DNA of 64,000 nt from an uncultured Actinomycetota bacterium (GTDB lineage Bacteria > Actinomycetota > Actinomycetes > Propionibacteriales > Kribbellaceae), in contig CAVVIA010000006.1 of NCBI GenBank assembly GCA_963748245.1, positions 474,050 to 538,049 of the forward strand, given 5' to 3'. Every line of letters begins with the position of its first letter. Positions within the stretch are counted from its first letter, which is position 1. The translations under genes were made by a program, and so were the position numbers. The notes under the pieces are model-generated. The model searched no databases, was not told the origin of the DNA, and saw nothing but the letters and a program-made list of their open reading frames with translations. This document shows, piece by piece, positions 1 through 13,796 of the stretch.

Positions 1-425
1 TTGAAGTTCGACGTACCGATCGCGCGGACCAGACCGGCCTCACGCAAGGCGATCAGCCCTTGCCAGGCGTCGACGTACCGGTCCTGATCCGGATTCGGCC
101 AATGGATGAGCAACAGGTCGAGGTACTCCACGCCGAGCTTCTCCGCACTCGCCTCGAACGCGGTCCGTGCCCCATCGACGCTGTGCCACCGCTTGTTGAA
201 CTTCGACGTCACAAACACCTCGTCCCGAGGCACTCCTCGCAACGCCCGCCCCACCCCGACCTCGTTGCGATAGTCCTCCGCCGTATCCACCAACCGATAC
301 CCGACGTCGAGCGCCTCCACCACCATGCGCTCCGCGTCCGCATCCCCCAACGGCGAAGTCCCCAGCCCAACTCGAGGCATAACAGCCCCACCACTCAACC
401 GAACCCCATCAACCACATCAACCAC
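1..425 (-). CDS. Aldo/keto reductase (2,5-diketo-D-gluconate reductase-like), 3' part outside window
   Basis: Manual minus-strand translation: MPRVGLGTSPL...GYRLVDTAEDYRNEVGVG...VFVTSKF...YLDLLLIHWP...AIGTSNF, carrying the AKR D-Y-K-H tetrad. Start uncertain (GTG 425 or ATG 380). Confidence 0.9.
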   Translation of the reverse strand, partial: MVDVVDGVRLSGGAVMPRVGLGTSPLGDADAERMVVEALDVGYRLVDTAEDYRNEVGVGRALRGVPRDEVFVTSKFNKRWHSVDGARTAFEASAEKLGVEYLDLLLIHWPNPDQDRYVDAWQGLIALREAGLVRAIGTSNF

Positions 426-659
426 CCTCTCCAACCCAAACCCCCGCCACCGTACGCCGCACCCCACCCCACCACACCCACCCCGCCCCCACCACCCGCC
501 TCGCCCCGCACCCCGCCCCACCATCCGCCTCACCCCCCACCCCGCCCCACCACCGCCTCACCCCACACAGCCGTTCCGGCCCTATCCCCAGCACACCGAC
601 GCCACCCCCGAACACCAAACCGCCCCCACCACACCCCACCAACCCGGCCGCACGCCCGC

Positions 660-870
660 CGACCCGCCCCTCGGCCGCCCACCGGGCCCACCCCGCCCAA
701 AGCGCCCCGGCCGCCCCTGCCGCCTCGACCCTCGGCCGCCCACCGGGCCACCCCGCCCCAAGCAACTCGGATGCCCCTGCCGCGTCGACCCTCAGCCGCG
801 CACCGGCCCATCCCTCTCGAACCACCCCAACCGCACCCACCCTCGGCCGCCCACCGGCCCACCTGCGGCC
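660..870. repeat. Degenerate ~60-bp C-rich tandem repeat (core CCTCGGCCGCCCACCGG), about 4 copies
   Basis: Core seen near 669, 730, 790 and 841; CCCCTGCCGC(C/G)TCGACCCTC occurs near 714 and 774. Confidence 0.7.
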
Positions 871-1139
871 GTCCTGTTGCACCGCTCCATCCACCCGGCA
901 AGCGCGTTACCCGGCCCCGGCGGCCTGCAACCGTGCGCCCCGCGCCACCCCCATCCACGCCGCCCGCGTACCCCACGGGCCAGCCGCCGCCGTACGCCGT
1001 ACGGCGGCGGAAACCCTGTGTGACAAGGGACACCGCCCACCGTGCGCACCGTCTCAGCGCAGCAGAATGGGGGCGCGAACTGTCGGTTGCGTGGTTCATC
1101 ATGGTGCCGCGGGGTTGGAACGTCCGGGAGGGCAGGCGA

Positions 1140-1770
1140 ATGAAGAACCGGCTGATCACTCTGGTGGATCTCGGACTGGACAGCTCCTTCGACGCGTCGA
1201 TGACCTTCGTCCAGGGCATCACCGGGAACATCAACGCGGGCTGGGACCAGCCGGTGATCGACGTGAACTTCGTCCGCACCCGCGACCACGAGACCGCCTT
1301 CTCCGCCCTCACCACCCCCTCGACAGTCCTGCACGTGATGGCACACGGTGACCACAGCGAGGAACCCTCGTTCCTCTCCACCGACGGCAAGACCCAGGTC
1401 TCGCTGAGGTCGCTGGCGGACTGGTTCCTCGACCGCCAGTGGGGCATCGCCAGCGGCGTCGTGATCGCCGACGGCTGCAAGACCGGCATCGGCAAATGGC
1501 AGCGAGCCATCCGCGACTGCCTCCAGGACGACATCACCTACATCGGCACCAGCACCGTCATCGGCTGGTACGAGGCAACCGTCTTCTGCTCCGCCTTCTA
1601 CGGCGCCCTGGTCCGCAACCGCGGCCTCGGCACGCAGCCCCGCCGAACAAGGCTGGGACGCCGCCAACCGAGCCATCAGCGCCTACGAAACCCTCACCGA
1701 CGCCCGCTGCCCCTACAAACCAGTCCTCCTAACCCCCTCCCGCCGAGCCCTCCGCTCCCTAACCGGCTGA
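1140..1770 (+). CDS. Stand-alone CHAT/caspase-like (clan CD) domain protein, one frameshift near 1635
   Basis: MKNRLITL...VLHVMAHGD...VVIADGCKTG matches the His-Gly / Cys dyad pattern of CHAT domains. Coding-like sequence continues in a shifted frame (SPAEQGWDAANRAISAYETL...) to TGA 1770. Confidence 0.6.
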
Positions 1771-2061
1771 CCACCAACGCCTCCCAGCCGCGCGACCATC
1801 GGGACTGCCTGGGTCGATGGGAGCCCGCGGGAGAGCCTCCGCCCGCCCAGCGCGCGCGCTCCACCGACCAGCAGCCCGACAACGGGACCATCCCGCCGTC
1901 GGCCGATGCCGACACCACCTCGAAGTCGGCCCGCAATGGCACAACACACCAGTCGGGCGAGCAACCCGAGTCCAAGTACCGCGAGCAGTTCTATACGGAG
2001 TAGGTCGGTGAGGCGGGCCGGATGCAGGGTGGGCCCGCCCCACCGAGTTCGCGGGCGCATG

Positions 2062-2358
2062 TCACCCATCCAGCCAGTGGATGGTGGTCGCGCCGTTGTG
2101 CCCGTGGATCGTGAGGAGCGCGTCGATGCCGTCCGGCCAGACCGTGGTGGTCGGGTAGCGCCCACCCCAGTGCAGGGCGACCGTCCCGTCCGTCCACTCC
2201 ACTCCCTCGGCGACGACGCCCGTACCGCTGACACCGGAGACGTCGACATGGCGGAGCAGCTGGAAACAGCGTGGCCCGGCCTTGTTCGCGACTTTCAGAT
2301 GACGCCGCCGCGGGATCGTCCGCGGCAGCGTGGTCGTTCGACCGCTGATCTCGTCCAT
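2062..2358 (-). CDS. Small conserved actinobacterial/phage-type hypothetical protein
   Basis: 98 aa with FQLLRHVDVSGVSGTGVVAEGVEWTDGTVALHW...HGHNGATTIHWLD; divergent from the HTH gene. Confidence 0.7.
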   Translation of the reverse strand: MDEISGRTTTLPRTIPRRRHLKVANKAGPRCFQLLRHVDVSGVSGTGVVAEGVEWTDGTVALHWGGRYPTTTVWPDGIDALLTIHGHNGATTIHWLDG

Positions 2359-2498
2359 GCCCGGTAGTCAACGCCCGCCGCGGCGTCCTCACCATGAACT
2401 GAACGGGTATCCACAGGGCAAAAATCAGGCACTCTGCCGATCACCTGATCGCCGTAACCTGATTGCAAGGAGTGATCAACGCGCAGGGAGTGATACCG

Positions 2499-2852
2499 AT
2501 GACGATCATCGAGGAATGGACCGGCCGGCACGCGCATGCCTTGCGCACCGCTCTCCGGATGACCAACGAGTCCTTCGCCCACCAGCTCGGCGTCGCGCCA
2601 CGGACGGTCACCAAGTGGCGAGAGCGCCCGGACATGGTGCCCAGCAAACAGATCCAGCAAGCACTCGACACCTCACTCAGACAGGTGCCGCCCGACGTCC
2701 GGGTCAGATTCGCCGCGAACCTGGGCCTCGACGAGCCGCAGATCGTGCTCGACCAGGACGTGCTCAACCAACTCAACGAGGCACTCGGCGGCCTCGCCCG
2801 CGCCGTCGCACGGCTCGAGTCTGCCGAGCCCGAGCGATCACCGGCACACTAG
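2499..2852 (+). CDS. XRE-family helix-turn-helix protein
   Basis: WTGRHAHALRTALRMTNESFAHQLGVAPRTVTKWR is an HTH; GGGAG precedes ATG 2499. Confidence 0.85.
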   Translation: MTIIEEWTGRHAHALRTALRMTNESFAHQLGVAPRTVTKWRERPDMVPSKQIQQALDTSLRQVPPDVRVRFAANLGLDEPQIVLDQDVLNQLNEALGGLARAVARLESAEPERSPAH

Positions 2853-2883
2853 GGCGGCGTACGTCGTAGCGAAGGGAGCGCGG

Positions 2884-3087
2884 GTGAGGCGACGACTGGT
2901 GAACTCGTCGAGTGTGCGATCGGTCGGCTGGTCCGACGGCACGTTGGAGCTCGAATACGTCAACGGCTCGATCTATCAGTACGACGACGTCCCGCAAACC
3001 ACCTTCGCCGGTCTGCTCGCGGCGCCCAGCATCGGCGCGTACGTCAACACCCACATCAAGCCGTACTACGACTACCGCGAGATCTGA
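2884..3087 (+). CDS. KTSC domain protein
   Basis: SSSVRSVGW..GTLELEY.NGSIYQY.DVP...F..LL.APSIGAYVN..IK is the KTSC signature. Confidence 0.9.
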   Translation: MRRRLVNSSSVRSVGWSDGTLELEYVNGSIYQYDDVPQTTFAGLLAAPSIGAYVNTHIKPYYDYREI

Positions 3088-3166
3088 CCCGCACCGTTTC
3101 TGTAGGCATACCGGCGGGAACCGGAGGGGCGATCCATACGGGGGTGCGCCCAGCCAGGAGGTGGAC

Positions 3167-3394
3167 ATGCGCACTCGTAGAGCATCTACGACCGGTTCCC
3201 GCACTGTGGCAATCCTTGTTGTTGTCTGGCTGCTCATTGGCCTGGCAGCTGCCGTACAGCGGAACTACTTTGCGGGGTCCGACGCGACGTGCGCCAAGGT
3301 GGGCACGACGCTGGTCACCATTGCCGTCGGCCCACTGAACTATGTCGGAGCCAATCCGAAGATCGACTGCAATGCGCCACAGCCGTCGAGGTAA
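3167..3394 (+). CDS. Small membrane/secreted protein
   Basis: AGGAGG RBS, hydrophobic N-terminal helix, two Cys, GPLNY motif. Confidence 0.75.
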   Translation: MRTRRASTTGSRTVAILVVVWLLIGLAAAVQRNYFAGSDATCAKVGTTLVTIAVGPLNYVGANPKIDCNAPQPSR

Positions 3395-3400
3395 CTGAAG

Positions 3401-3443
3401 CAACGCAAGCCTGCCGCGGACACGCTGCGGCAGGCTTGCGTTG
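3401..3443 (+). terminator. Perfect 17-bp hairpin, putative terminator
   Basis: CAACGCAAGCCTGCCGC ... GCGGCAGGCTTGCGTTG immediately after the stop at 3394. Confidence 0.75.
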
Positions 3444-3520
3444 GCGCGGCGATGATGAACCCCCGGCACCGACCTGTCACGTCCGTAGGCTCCGAGACAA
3501 CGAAGCCGAGGAGGGGCGGG

Positions 3521-4846
3521 ATGAGTGTTCTGTACGACGAGATCGCAGCGAATCTCGAGAAGTTCCAAGTACCCGGAGCCAGCTGGGCAGTGATCGACGG
3601 CGGCGAGTTCGTCGACACCGGTTGCGCCGGCGTCGTCCAGGCCGGTGAGTCGGCTGCCGTCGTACCCCGAACGTTGTTCCAGGCCTGCTCGATCAGCAAG
3701 CCCGTCGCCGTGTTCGCGATGCTCCGGCTGGTGGACCGCGGACTGCTGGATCTCGATGAGGACGTCAACAGCCGGCTCACTTCATGGCAGGTTCCGCCGA
3801 CGGGTGACTGGCGGCCGGTGGTCACATTGCGGCAGCTCGCCAGCCACAGCGCGGGGCTGACCGTGCACGGCTTTCCGGGCTACCTCCAAGGGACCGCTCT
3901 GCCGACCACTGTGCAGATCCTCGATGGAACCGCGCCGACGAACACCTTCGGGGTCCGCGTCGACATCGTGCCTGGTACCCAGTTCCGGTACGCCGGTGGC
4001 GGCACCGTCGTACTGCAGCAGCTACTGGAGGACGTGACTGGCACACCGTTCCAGCAACTCGCCCGGGAGCTCGTGCTGGAGCCACTCGGGATGTCTGACA
4101 GCGACTACGCGCAGCCGCTGCCGCCCGCCCTCCACGACAAGGCGGCAACTGCTCACGACGAATTGGGCCGACCTATCCCCGGACGCTGGCACAGCTACCC
4201 GGAGTTGGCCGCTGCAGGACTTTGGACGACGCCAACGGATCTTCTGAAGTTCGCCATTGCTGTCCAGCAGACGTATGCGGGAGCAGACGGCGCTCTCCTG
4301 TCGCCGGCGCTGTCCCGCGAGCTCCTGACGCCACAGATCGCTGCAACCGACCGGATCGGTGGACTGAACCACCTGGGCCTCGGCCTGTTCCTTGGTGATG
4401 GGGGAGTGCGGTTCGGGCACAGCGGCGGCAACGAGGGGTTCCGCTGCCATCTACTGGCGTACCGCGACACCGGACAGGGAGCGGCAGTCATGACCAACGG
4501 CGACAACGGCAGTTGGGTCGTGCAGAGGGCCTTCGCCGCGATTGCCAAGACGTACGAGTGGGACGACTACTCGCAGGAGGTCGACGAGCCGGAGCTGCCC
4601 ACCGATGAGGCGATGGCAAGGCTCATTGGTACCTACAGGCTGGACGGCCGGCTGCAGCTGGACGTGGCCCGTGGGGGCAGGGGATTGGAAGTGACGTTCG
4701 CCGGTCAGCCTCCGCTTCGCTTCATGGCATCGTCGGCTACAAGGTTCGCTGCGGTGAACGCCGATACCGAGTTCGAGGTCCGTGACGACGGCAGTCGGCT
4801 CGTCTTCATCCAGGGTGGAGCCGAGCTGGCCTGCACCCGGGAATAG
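3521..4846 (+). CDS. Serine hydrolase, class C beta-lactamase/D-peptidase family
   Basis: SxxK (CSISK), LASHSAG, FRYAGGG and GHSGGN motifs. Confidence 0.9.
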   Translation: MSVLYDEIAANLEKFQVPGASWAVIDGGEFVDTGCAGVVQAGESAAVVPRTLFQACSISKPVAVFAMLRLVDRGLLDLDEDVNSRLTSWQVPPTGDWRPVVTLRQLASHSAGLTVHGFPGYLQGTALPTTVQILDGTAPTNTFGVRVDIVPGTQFRYAGGGTVVLQQLLEDVTGTPFQQLARELVLEPLGMSDSDYAQPLPPALHDKAATAHDELGRPIPGRWHSYPELAAAGLWTTPTDLLKFAIAVQQTYAGADGALLSPALSRELLTPQIAATDRIGGLNHLGLGLFLGDGGVRFGHSGGNEGFRCHLLAYRDTGQGAAVMTNGDNGSWVVQRAFAAIAKTYEWDDYSQEVDEPELPTDEAMARLIGTYRLDGRLQLDVARGGRGLEVTFAGQPPLRFMASSATRFAAVNADTEFEVRDDGSRLVFIQGGAELACTRE

Positions 4847-4965
4847 CTGTGGACGAGGGCCGGTTACACCTGATGCCGTCCGGTTTCATGACCCCGGGCC
4901 TCAACCTCAGCCGCTTCGAGCGGCCACTCGCCGAGAGGCGTCTGCTGGACGGTGCGGTACGTGAC

Positions 4966-4995
4966 AGGTGGGAGCCGGATGACCGGCTCCCACCT
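4966..4995 (+). terminator. GC-rich hairpin
   Basis: AGGTGGGAGCCGG-ATGA-CCGGCTCCCACCT. Confidence 0.6.
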
Positions 4996-5228
4996 CGTCT
5001 TTGAAGCTCACTCCGGGTACGGCGAGCTGCGGGGGACCGCCCGTACGACGCTGTGCCGAGATATCCCGTGGAGCCACGCTTGTGTGGTGGGGCATCATGG
5101 GGGATGTCGCTCGCGGAGACGCGAGTGAGTGATGTGACCAGAGGGACGACCACTGCCTCGCGGCAGGCGCCGGCTGACCGGTGCCGAGGGCGCTTCGCAA
5201 GGGTTCGGACAAGGTCCGGGACCTCGAT

Positions 5229-5427
5229 TTGCATCTGCACCGCGAATGTCAGTAATGTTCTTCTTGTTGGAGCGAGACGCGGGACGCGAAAGCGGCCGGT
5301 CCTCCGACAAACTCCCTGAAGGTCTCGGAAGCTGAAACACGCCTCGGCGGGTTTCGGTCACTGGGTCGCGCAGGGGGACTGGGACGAAAGAGGCCGATTT
5401 GACCGGCCCCGGACGAAACAGTAAAGT
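5229..5427 (+). promoter_or_regulatory. Tandem rrn promoters
   Basis: TTGCAT-18-TAATGT (5229-5258) and TTGACC-17-TAAAGT (5399-5427); boxA-like TTCTTGAGAACT near 5483. Confidence 0.7.
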
Positions 5428-5723
5428 TGGGCGAGTTGCCCCGGAGCTTCAAACGAAAGTCTGAAGCGCGGTGTGCGTCCGATTCTTGAGAACTCAACAG
5501 CGTGCCGAAAGTCAATGCCGAAAGATGCATTAACCCCGTTCACAGGCATTGGATGATCTTTCTGCCTGGATCTCTTTGAGGTTTGGGTGGGTGGGTTGTC
5601 TGTGTGTTTGTGGCGGATTCCTTTGAAATATTTATTGATTCAAGTCAGTTTGATTGTTTCTGATTCAAAGGATCACTCGATGTGTTGACTATCCAGCCTC
5701 TTGGGGTTGGTTTGTCTATATTT

Positions 5724-7248
<1,525 letters not shown>

Positions 7249-7717
7249 AGCACGAAACACACCACCTCTGGTGGGTGTGTTCATTCATCACTGCTCGAGC
7301 GTTCGTCTCGAGGTGATGGTGCTTCGGACTGTGGAACATTGACCATTAGGCCCCGATCCCGATCGATCGAGCTAGTACTGCTGACATCCCCTTGCGGGGT
7401 GGAGGCGTGGAACGTGAGTGAGAGCGGGGGGTGGGTCGAGGCGCGCTGTTGGGTCCTGAGGAATCGGGCCGGGTCTCTTCGGAGACGTGGACTGTTTCTT
7501 CTAGGGTCACAGGTTCAACCGCTGAGCGGTTGGATGGGTGGCTGGGGCCGGCTCTCACCAAACCGTTGGTGTGGGTGTTTGTTCTGGGTGTGTTGTTTCC
7601 CTGGGATGGATGTTCACGTCGATAGGTGGTGGTTCGGGCTGGTTTCTGCCCGTATTTTGAGAACTGTATAGTGGACGCGAGCATCTCTTTGTAGCGATTT
7701 TGTTGAATTGTTGTTAG

Positions 7718-10840
<3,123 letters not shown>

Positions 10841-10999
10841 CACACCACACCTGGTGTGGACAACCCTCAACACTGCGCTACGTAACGAAGAGAGTTTCGC
10901 GTTCACTGTACGGTTCCCGAAATACGGTCAACCCCAGCAACCAACACCCCGGCGGGGTGTTGTGACTGTGCGAGTGTGGTTGGTTGATATTTTGATAGA

Positions 11000-11119
11000 G
11001 TTTCGGTGGCCATAGCGTCGGGGAAACACCCAGTCTCCATTCCGAACCTGGAAGTTAAGCCCTTCAGCGCCGATGGTACTGCGACCGGGAGGTCGTGGGA
11101 GAGTAGGACGCCGCCGGAC
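11000..11119 (+). rRNA. rrf: 5S rRNA
   Basis: TTTCGGTGGCCATAGC...CCATTCCGAAC...GATGGTACTG...GAGAGTAGGACGCCGCCGG. Confidence 0.97.
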
Positions 11120-11130
11120 ATTCACACTGT

Positions 11131-11158
11131 TAAAGCCCACCCTTCGGGGTGGGCTTTA
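11131..11158 (+). terminator. rrn terminator hairpin
   Basis: TAAAGCCCACCC-TTCG-GGGTGGGCTTTA. Confidence 0.85.
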
Positions 11159-11174
11159 GCATTTCCCCAGCAGT

Positions 11175-11521
11175 TCACCCGCCGGCCCGCCTACCCGCAG
11201 GCTCGCCATCCTGCGAGCTCTCGAGGTCTGCCGTGCGCCCATCGAGCTGGTGCTGGAGGCGTTTGCGGGTTGGGGTGTAGGTCCACCAGGGGCGTGCGGG
11301 ATTGCCGTTGGCTTGGTCGACCGCGGACATGATGGTGTCGAGCAGGCAGGGATCGTGGCGGCGGCCGTCGACCCGGCACATGGTGTCGTAGATCTCGACC
11401 GGGTCCCGTCCGGCTAGTTCGTCGATGCGGGTGTCATGCCGGCGCGCTCGAAGTACGCGGCGACCGAGGTGCCGACGTTCATGAGTTCGGTGAGGTTCGA
11501 GGTTGTCTGTGGGCGTCCCAT
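11175..11521 (-). pseudogene. Cdd1/mitomycin-resistance-like HhH protein, frameshifted near 11433
   Basis: MGRPQTTSNLTELMNVGTSVAAYFERAGM / RIDELAGRDPVEIYDTMCRVDGRRHDPCLLDTIMSAV...RPWWTYT joined across a 2-nt shift. Confidence 0.75.
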
Positions 11522-11593
11522 GTGTTGATCGTCGCCGGGTTCGACGGACCTGTCTTGAAGGTTTCAGACATCCAGGGTCCGTAGGGTTCGGGT

Positions 11594-12112
11594 ATGCAGC
11601 GTGCGGTGATGATTCTGATTGTGGGCTTGCCGGGAGCGGGGAAGACGACTCTGGCGCGACGGCTGGAGGAGGAACGGTCGGCGATTCGGTTCACGCCGGA
11701 CGAGTGGATGGAACCGCTGCTCGGGAAGAGTGAGGACGGCGGGCGGCGGTGGGTCCTCGAGTCGCAGCTGATCTGGGGTGTTGCCGCACGCGCATTGACC
11801 TTGGGCGTGAACGTGATTCTGGATTACGGCTGCTGGTCCGAGACCGAGCGGGACCTGTTCCGGAACCGTGCGCACGAACTCGGTGCGCAGGCGGAGATCG
11901 TCGTACTGAATCCGTCGCTGGAGGTGTTGTGGGAGCGGTTGGCGGCTCGCAATGCGGCCTTGCCGGAGGGCACGTTTCATATCAGCCGGGAGGAGTTGGA
12001 GGAGTACAACTCGAAGTACCAGGCTCCGGATGCGGCTGAGTTGGCGCGATGGGATCACCAGGTCGTGGTGACCGACGTACAGGATGCTGCGGGCGAGTTG
12101 CTGAGGGATTAG
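11594..12112 (+). CDS. P-loop kinase / AAA_33-family protein
   Basis: GLPGAGKTT Walker A, then FTPDEWM and VILDYG. Confidence 0.88.
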   Translation: MQRAVMILIVGLPGAGKTTLARRLEEERSAIRFTPDEWMEPLLGKSEDGGRRWVLESQLIWGVAARALTLGVNVILDYGCWSETERDLFRNRAHELGAQAEIVVLNPSLEVLWERLAARNAALPEGTFHISREELEEYNSKYQAPDAAELARWDHQVVVTDVQDAAGELLRD

Positions 12113-12759
12113 GCCTCGGGGGCGATGCCGACGAGTGCGGCGGCGGCGCAGATGTGGACCGGGGTGAGGTCGGCCGGCGCCACTGGAGCCTGGAGGAGGG
12201 TGCCGCGTTCGAACGGGGTCAGGCCGATGTCGATGCCGTGGGCACCTGCTACGAGACCGCGGACGTACGTCAGCCAGCCCATCATCGGGATCCCGCGCCG
12301 GAACACGCCGGCCGCGGCGGCGAGTTCGGTGTCGGCGATGCTGGCCCACTCGGGTTCCCAGATCGTCACGACCGCGCGGAGGACCTGGGCGAAGCGTTCA
12401 AACTGGATGAGGGCGTCCTCGTCACTCCAGTGCAGCGTGAGCTGGTCGGAGACTGTGGTGAGCGTGCCGCCCATCGACAGGTCGAACAGCCACGGGAGCT
12501 CGCCGGTGCTCTGCAGGTGCAGGCGGGTGGTGCTTGAGCCGTTCGCGAGGACCTTGGTGGTGGCTTCGACCATGTCCTGGAGTGGGGTCGAGCCGTCGGC
12601 CTCGAGGACGTGGTAGCCCCAGCGCTCGTCCTGAGTCCAGGCGTGTACGTCGGGGAATGCGACGGCGACTGCGGTCAGAGTGCGCCCGACGCGGAGTGCG
12701 CGGTGCTCGACGGACTCGTCACGGTGCGTCCACTGGGCGCGGAGCAGCCAGGATGCCAT
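12109..12759 (-). CDS. Imm52-like immunity protein
   Basis: N-terminal W..R.ES....A.R; C-terminal VVTIWEPEWASI...GWLTY...GTLL pattern. Confidence 0.6.
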   Translation of the reverse strand: MASWLLRAQWTHRDESVEHRALRVGRTLTAVAVAFPDVHAWTQDERWGYHVLEADGSTPLQDMVEATTKVLANGSSTTRLHLQSTGELPWLFDLSMGGTLTTVSDQLTLHWSDEDALIQFERFAQVLRAVVTIWEPEWASIADTELAAAAGVFRRGIPMMGWLTYVRGLVAGAHGIDIGLTPFERGTLLQAPVAPADLTPVHICAAAALVGIAPEA

Positions 12760-13796
12760 TCACGCCCTCCGATCACGAGCCGGCCGGACCTGCGCAGCAG
12801 ACGGTACGCCGGTGATCGGACAGTTGGCCAGAGTTCCGCCTACGCGGCGTGAGCAGCCTGGGCGGTTCTCTGGAGCTTCCACCAGTCCAGTCTGAAGCAC
12901 CGGTGGGTCGGAGGTCAGCACCGGGGTCCGGTTTTGGTAAATACCCGCCTGAAGTCCCCCGCCCCCGCGTGGGAGCGCTACCGCGGCGACCCGCGCTCCA
13001 CGTGTCCATGCGATGAGGTCGCAACTGACGAAGACAGCCAGGACGCTCCAACCAGTCGAGGGCGACCCGCAGCAGTGGCCGAGCCAACGGCGAGGTGGTC
13101 GCACTGGGTTGCCAGGTGCGGTGGCAGGCGCCGCCGCCCAGCCAAGAAGTCCGCCTAGCCAGGAGGCTGGCTGGTGAGAGGGCTGTGCGGCGCGAGGGGC
13201 TCTACCAGCGGAGGGGGGTTGGCTGGCGAGGGGGTCGCAGCTGGCGGAGATGGCCGGGACGCTCTAGCCAATCGAGAGCGAGCTGTGCAGTAGCTGAGCC
13301 TGACGGCAAGGTGGTCGCAGTGGGTTGCCATGGGTGGCAGGCGCCCGCCCCGGCCAGTAGGCGCCCACGAGGCACCAGCCCAGCGAGTAGACCGCCCAGC
13401 CCAGTACGCCGCTCGGCGAGGAGGTGCCCGGCGAGGGGCTGCTTCGTCAGGAGGTCGCCAGCTGAGGGGACCCGCCTGGCTGAGTGGTGGGTTCAGCCGG
13501 GCGGGTCTAGGCGGTCGGGTGCTCGCGGGTGGGCGCCCGGGGATGAGCGCGGCGAGGGTTGCTAGGCCTCTGCCGGGCGGTGGGTTGTGCTCAGGTAGTG
13601 GCGTGGGGGCGGGCGGGGCGGGGGCGGGGGTGTTCGGGCCTGGGGTGCGGCGGGTGAGTTGTCCCGGGGCGGGAGCATGGTGGGGGCTGCGGATGCATAG
13701 GTGGTGCGCCCAGTTGGCAGGCGGGCTGCTTGCGGGTGTGGTGGCCCGGGGATGGGCGCTGCGGGTTGTCGCGGTGGGGGTGAGGTGGATATCGGG

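Noticed and set aside
60..2003. 647-aa ORF as one protein
   Set aside because: It runs through the antisense of the AKR gene and a low-complexity C-rich tract; only 1140 onward looks coding.
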